Assembly (NCBI GenBank): GCA_963763775.1
Contig: CAVXPZ010000001.1
Location: 672,001 to 736,000, forward strand
Direction: 5' to 3'
DNA length: 64,000 nt
DNA from: an uncultured Chloroflexia bacterium
GTDB taxonomy: Bacteria > Chloroflexota > Limnocylindria > Limnocylindrales > CSP1-4
The notes below the pieces were generated by a model. That model searched no databases. It saw nothing but the letters and a program-made list of their open reading frames with translations, and had not been told where the DNA came from. Both the position numbers and the translations under genes were made by a program. How positions within the stretch are numbered: position 1 is the stretch's first letter; each line of letters opens with the position of its first letter. Shown here one piece after another: positions 59,796 to 64,000 of this stretch.

Positions 59796-60945
59796 CTAGC
59801 GCAGCGCGGCAGCCGGCGCCCGCACCGACCCGAGCAGCTCGCTCGCCAGCCGCGCGAGGTCCTGGGAGATCGGCGCGTCGGGGTTCGCCAGGACGAACGG
59901 CACGCCCTCGTTGTTCGACTGCACGACGAGGAGGCCGTCCGACACCACGCTGTGTTCGGGGACTCGGCCGATCGCCCGCTGGAGCGTCGCGGCGTCGATG
60001 CCGCCGGCGCTGTCCGCGCGGTTGACGAGGTAGCGGACCTTCGTCGCCGGGTATCCGATGGCCCGGAACGTGTCCGCCATCGCGACCGTGTTGTGGATCG
60101 TCGTCGAGTCGTAGGTGACGATCTCGACGATCGTGTCGGCGGCGTCGAGCAGGGCGAGGTTGACGTCGCTCAGGTAGCTCGACATGTCGATGACGATCGC
60201 GCCGTACACGCGGCGCAGGAGCGAGAGGACCTTCTCGACGTCGCGGGGCGTGACCATCTCGGCCATCTCGATCCGCGGCGGCGCCAGCAGGATGTCGATC
60301 CCCGAGGGGTCCCGCCAGAGGACGTCGCCGAGGTCGGATTCGGCGATCCGGTCGGTCGGCAGATCGAGGATGGAGGGCGCATCGGTCGGCACCTTCAGGA
60401 GGGCCCGGAGGTCGCCGAACTGGAGGCTGCCGTCGATCAGCACGGTGCGCTGGTCCATCTGGCCGAGCGAGACCGCGAGATTGAAGGCGATCGTGGTCTT
60501 GCCGACGCCACCCTTGGGGGCGAAGACGGCGAAGATCTTCGTCCCGGCGCTGACCTGCTCGGCCTCGAACGCCTTGCGGACGGCGCCGATCCGGTTGATC
60601 AGGTCGAACCCGGAGAACGGCATCGACAGCACGCCGTGGATCCCGCGGTCCGGCTCCGGCTCGACGGGGTTCTGGGGCACCGTCATGACGATGACCGGGT
60701 ACCCCCAGATCCGACTTGTGGATCTGTTCGACGAGGCTGAGGCCCTTGACGCGGCCCTGGAGCAGGGCGTCGACCATGACGACGTCCGGTCGCAGCTCCT
60801 GGATCTGTCCGAGGGCCTTGCCGCCGTCGGTGATCACGTCGAGCAGTTTCACCTTGGCCTGGGCGTTGAGCAGGCCGCGGATGTACTGGGCGACTTGCGG
60901 CACGTCCTCGACGATCAGCAGCCGTGTCTGGTCACTCGATGCCAT
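59796..60945 (-). CDS. Atypical receiver fused to a CpaE/MinD-family ATPase; frameshift near 60698
   Basis: RLLIVED...VVMVD in one frame, then PVIVMT...LSMPF, APKGGVGKTT, DGSLQFGD, ILLAPP in another. Confidence 0.85.
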
Positions 60946-61023
60946 TCGCTCGACGATACCACGCGGCCCGTGTCGCGAAGTCATACGGAGGTCCCGTCGG
61001 GGGGTGACCCCGGGAGTCCCCCC

Positions 61024-61815
61024 TTACGGCTTGACGGCGATCAGGATCGCGCGCTCGCTCCCCTCCCCGAATGCCCCCAGGTCGTAGCTGCCGGCGAGCA
61101 GCTCCACCACCAGGCCCGCGTCCTCGGCGAACGAACGAAGCTCATCGGCGGAGACGAGTCGCATCCGGTCCCGACGGACCCAGCGGCGGACCGGGCCACC
61201 CTGCGTCGACGCCTCGAAGATCGTGGTCAAGGTGACGGTCCCGGTGGCCGCGTCGTGCTGCGCCGAACCCGCCTTGGTGACCATCTCGCCGGTCTCGACG
61301 TCGGTCCGCGGCCATTCCAGGATCACGCGGCCGTCGAACCTCGCGAGGTCCTCGGCGTCGGGGAGCCAGACGTCGGCGACGGCGACGCCGCCCGCGGCGA
61401 GATGGTCGGCCATCACCTGGACAGCGGCGCGTTGCGCGGCCCGTGACTCGAGCACCATCAACGAGTTCAGACCGATGAAGGCGAGACCGTAGCGACCCGC
61501 ATCCGGCAGACGCAGCCCGACGATGTCGGCTTCGATCAGCGTCAGCCGCTCCGCGGCCTCGGGACCGGCCGCCGTCGCGAGCCGGCGCGCCCGGTCGAGC
61601 ATCGCGGGGTCCAGGTCGACGCCGGTGACGCGGTCGCCACCGGCGGCCAGCGGCACGGCGAGTCGGCCGGTCCCGACCGCCAACTCGAGGATGGGCCCGC
61701 CCGTCCGCTCGGCGAGCGCGAGGTACAGGTCGAGGTCCCCGGGGTCGCTCAGCAGGTCGAGGTCGTAGAGGCGTGCCAGGACCGCGGCGGTCTCCGAGTC
61801 GGGTCGATCGAGCAT
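61024..61815 (-). CDS. Class I SAM-dependent methyltransferase
   Basis: ARLYD, ILELAVGTGRL, GVDLDPAML, HLAAGG. Confidence 0.88.
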   Translation of the reverse strand: MLDRPDSETAAVLARLYDLDLLSDPGDLDLYLALAERTGGPILELAVGTGRLAVPLAAGGDRVTGVDLDPAMLDRARRLATAAGPEAAERLTLIEADIVGLRLPDAGRYGLAFIGLNSLMVLESRAAQRAAVQVMADHLAAGGVAVADVWLPDAEDLARFDGRVILEWPRTDVETGEMVTKAGSAQHDAATGTVTLTTIFEASTQGGPVRRWVRRDRMRLVSADELRSFAEDAGLVVELLAGSYDLGAFGEGSERAILIAVKP

Positions 61816-61823
61816 CGTGGGCG

Positions 61824-62945
61824 TCAGCCCGGGTACTCGTGGCGTTCGGACGTGGCCGCCGGCCATCGGTCCGCACGGGCGGCCCGACCGGCCCAACGGA
61901 CGGGATGGCCGTCGCGGCGCCGGACCGCCAGCGCGCTGATGGCTTCCAGCGCGGCGCGATTGGCGGCCATCGCCGTGGTCTCGGCGTGGTCGTACGGCGG
62001 CGACACCTCCACGATGTCCATGCCGGCGAGGTCCACGGCACCGACGATCTGACGGATGGCCCGGAGCACCTCGCGGGTGAGCATCCCGCCGGGCTCGGGC
62101 GTCCCGGTGCCGGGAGCCATGCCCGGGTCGATCACGTCGATGTCGAGGCTCAGGTAGACGTGGTCGGGACCGTCCAGCGCCTCGTCGATGGCCTGCGCGA
62201 TGACCGCCTCCGCGCCGCGCTCCTCGATCTCGCGCATGAAGTGGTAGCGCAGCCCCTGCTCCTTCATCCATTCGAACGTCTCGACGGGCGGCCAGTAGCC
62301 GCGCAGCCCCACCTGCACGAAGTTCTTGCCCTTGACGGCCCCGGATTCGATCAGTCGCCGCATCGGGGTCCCGTGGCCGGCCAGGACGCCCCAGTCGTCC
62401 GCCGCGGTGTCCGCGTGCGCATCGAAGTGCACGATGCCGATGCTGCCGGGATGCCGGACTTCGGCGATCGCGGTCGCGCTCGGCCACGTGATGGAGTGGT
62501 CGCCACCGAGCACGATCGGGATCGCCCCGGTCTCCGCGACCTCGAGCACCTTGCGGTAGATCAGGGCGTGCGCACGTTCGATCCAGGATGGGACGATGTT
62601 CGCGTCACCCGCATCGACGACGGTCAGGACCTCGAACGGCTCGACGTCGAGCTGGAGGGAATTGATCGAGCCCGAGGTGTACTGCGCCTCGCGGATCGCG
62701 CGCGGACCGAACCGCGCGCCGGGTCGGTGGCTCACGGCGTCGTCGAATGGGGCACCGATGATGGCGACGTCGACTTCGCGGCGGCGGAGCTCCTCGGGAT
62801 CCGTGACCCACGGCAGCTTCGAGAAGGACACGGGGCCGACATAGGTCGGCAGGTCGAAGTCGGCGTAGGTCTCGTACGGCTGATCCCAGCCGTTTCGCGC
62901 GGCGTATGCCGATGCGGCCGCCTGATCGTCGGGGCGCTTGGCCAC
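61824..62945 (-). CDS. speB: Agmatinase-family ureohydrolase
   Basis: RPGARFGP, GGDHS, DAHAD, HGTP, SLDIDVIDP, APGTGTPEPGG, EVSP. Confidence 0.88.
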   Translation of the reverse strand: MAKRPDDQAAASAYAARNGWDQPYETYADFDLPTYVGPVSFSKLPWVTDPEELRRREVDVAIIGAPFDDAVSHRPGARFGPRAIREAQYTSGSINSLQLDVEPFEVLTVVDAGDANIVPSWIERAHALIYRKVLEVAETGAIPIVLGGDHSITWPSATAIAEVRHPGSIGIVHFDAHADTAADDWGVLAGHGTPMRRLIESGAVKGKNFVQVGLRGYWPPVETFEWMKEQGLRYHFMREIEERGAEAVIAQAIDEALDGPDHVYLSLDIDVIDPGMAPGTGTPEPGGMLTREVLRAIRQIVGAVDLAGMDIVEVSPPYDHAETTAMAANRAALEAISALAVRRRDGHPVRWAGRAARADRWPAATSERHEYPG

Positions 62946-63092
62946 GGGTCCCTCCGGGAGACGGACACGGCTCGCTCGCCGCGGTGGGTTCCGCCGTCTC
63001 GCTGGGGGCGCCGCCGGTTCGAATCCGTCGTCCAGCGGGGCGCGTCCCGGGATGGTAGCACCGCTCGGGCGGTGCTCCGCCGGCCCGTTCCC

Positions 63093-64000
63093 TCAGTCGC
63101 CCCGGAACTCGCGCCAGGCCGCCTCGACGAGGGCCGGATCCGCGTAGAGGTCGTAGGCCGTCTGGGCGACCAGGGCCGCCGCCAGGAGCGTCGTCTCGTC
63201 CGCCCGCGGCGTGGCCGCGGCGTCGCGGAAGAGGATCGAGTGCCCTGGCGTGCCCTCCGGCGCGATCGCGAGGTCCGGGTGGATCGTCGGGCAGACCCAG
63301 CTGACGTTGCCCATGTCGGTGCTGCCCGCGTTGGGGTCGTCGCCCTGGTCCTCGATCCCGTAGGCACGCATGTTCGCCTGGAATCGTCCCGCGAGGACCT
63401 CGTTGTTCTTCATCGTCGAGGCGCGCCCGGAGAACGTGACGTCGACGGTGGTGCCGGTGGCGAGGGCCGCGGCCTCGCACATCTCGCGGAACCGGGTCCG
63501 CATCGTCTCGTAGTAGGCCTCGTCGTCGCTGCGGATCATGAACCAGGCCGAGACGCGTTCCGGGATGACGTTCGCCGCGTCGCCGCCCTCGCGCACGATC
63601 CCATGCACGCGAGCGTTCGGGTGGAGCTGCTGCCTCCACAGGCCGACGGACGTGAAGAGCAGGATCAGCGCATCGAGGGCGTTACGCCCCTTCCACGGGT
63701 CCGACGACGCGTGCGCCTCGAGACCGTGGTACACGACGTCGACGTCCTCGGACGCCAGCGGCCAGCTGCGAACGTGGTTGCGGTCGCACGGGTGGTAGAG
63801 CAGCGCGGCATCCAGACCGTCGAAGAGGCCCTCCTCGATCATGATGGCCTTGCCGCTCCCCCGCTCCTCGGCCGGCGTGCCCAGGAAGACGATCTCGCCC
63901 GGCAGCTCGTCGGCGATCGACGCGAGCGCGATGGCCGCGCCGACGCCGCTGGCCGCCATCGTGTTGTGCCCGCATCCGTGCCCGAGCCCCGGCAGGGCGT
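63093..64000 (-). CDS. M20 amidohydrolase, 5' end beyond window
   Basis: ALPGLGHGCGHN, GTPAEE, HASSDPWKGRNALD, GSTDMGNVS. Confidence 0.88.
   Translation of the reverse strand, partial: ALPGLGHGCGHNTMAASGVGAAIALASIADELPGEIVFLGTPAEERGSGKAIMIEEGLFDGLDAALLYHPCDRNHVRSWPLASEDVDVVYHGLEAHASSDPWKGRNALDALILLFTSVGLWRQQLHPNARVHGIVREGGDAANVIPERVSAWFMIRSDDEAYYETMRTRFREMCEAAALATGTTVDVTFSGRASTMKNNEVLAGRFQANMRAYGIEDQGDDPNAGSTDMGNVSWVCPTIHPDLAIAPEGTPGHSILFRDAAATPRADETTLLAAALVAQTAYDLYADPALVEAAWREFRGD

Overview
High-GC (visually about 70% or more) bacterial chromosomal core region. Gene content and style suggest a Chloroflexota (Limnocylindria-like) genome, which is an inference. Most genes lie on the minus strand. 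Housekeeping genes include mnmA-iscS, typA, aspS, hisS, rel, a coupled topA-xerC-murJ-fem-fem-murE run, comM-dprA, tyrA, trpB2, thpR, ppa, ftsH, an elongator tRNA-Met, mrfAB, ychF, murI and an agmatinase-family gene. I found no prophage, IS or CRISPR array. Six genes carry single-base indels; four of these are an extra C in CCG and are most likely sequencing errors. Most interesting signals: (1) four heptamer repeats phased exactly 11 bp apart directly upstream of the comM-dprA competence promoter; (2) two stand-alone REC-CpaE/MinD paralogues with complementary degenerate motifs; (3) a small Zn-ribbon protein with [DE]RR repeats, a candidate c-di-GMP binder, coupled to trpB2; (4) a predicted non-DAP (Orn/Lys) peptidoglycan with two Fem ligases; (5) a DnaB-C-only ATPase; (6) a structured leader on the ureohydrolase gene; (7) widespread leaderless promoters.
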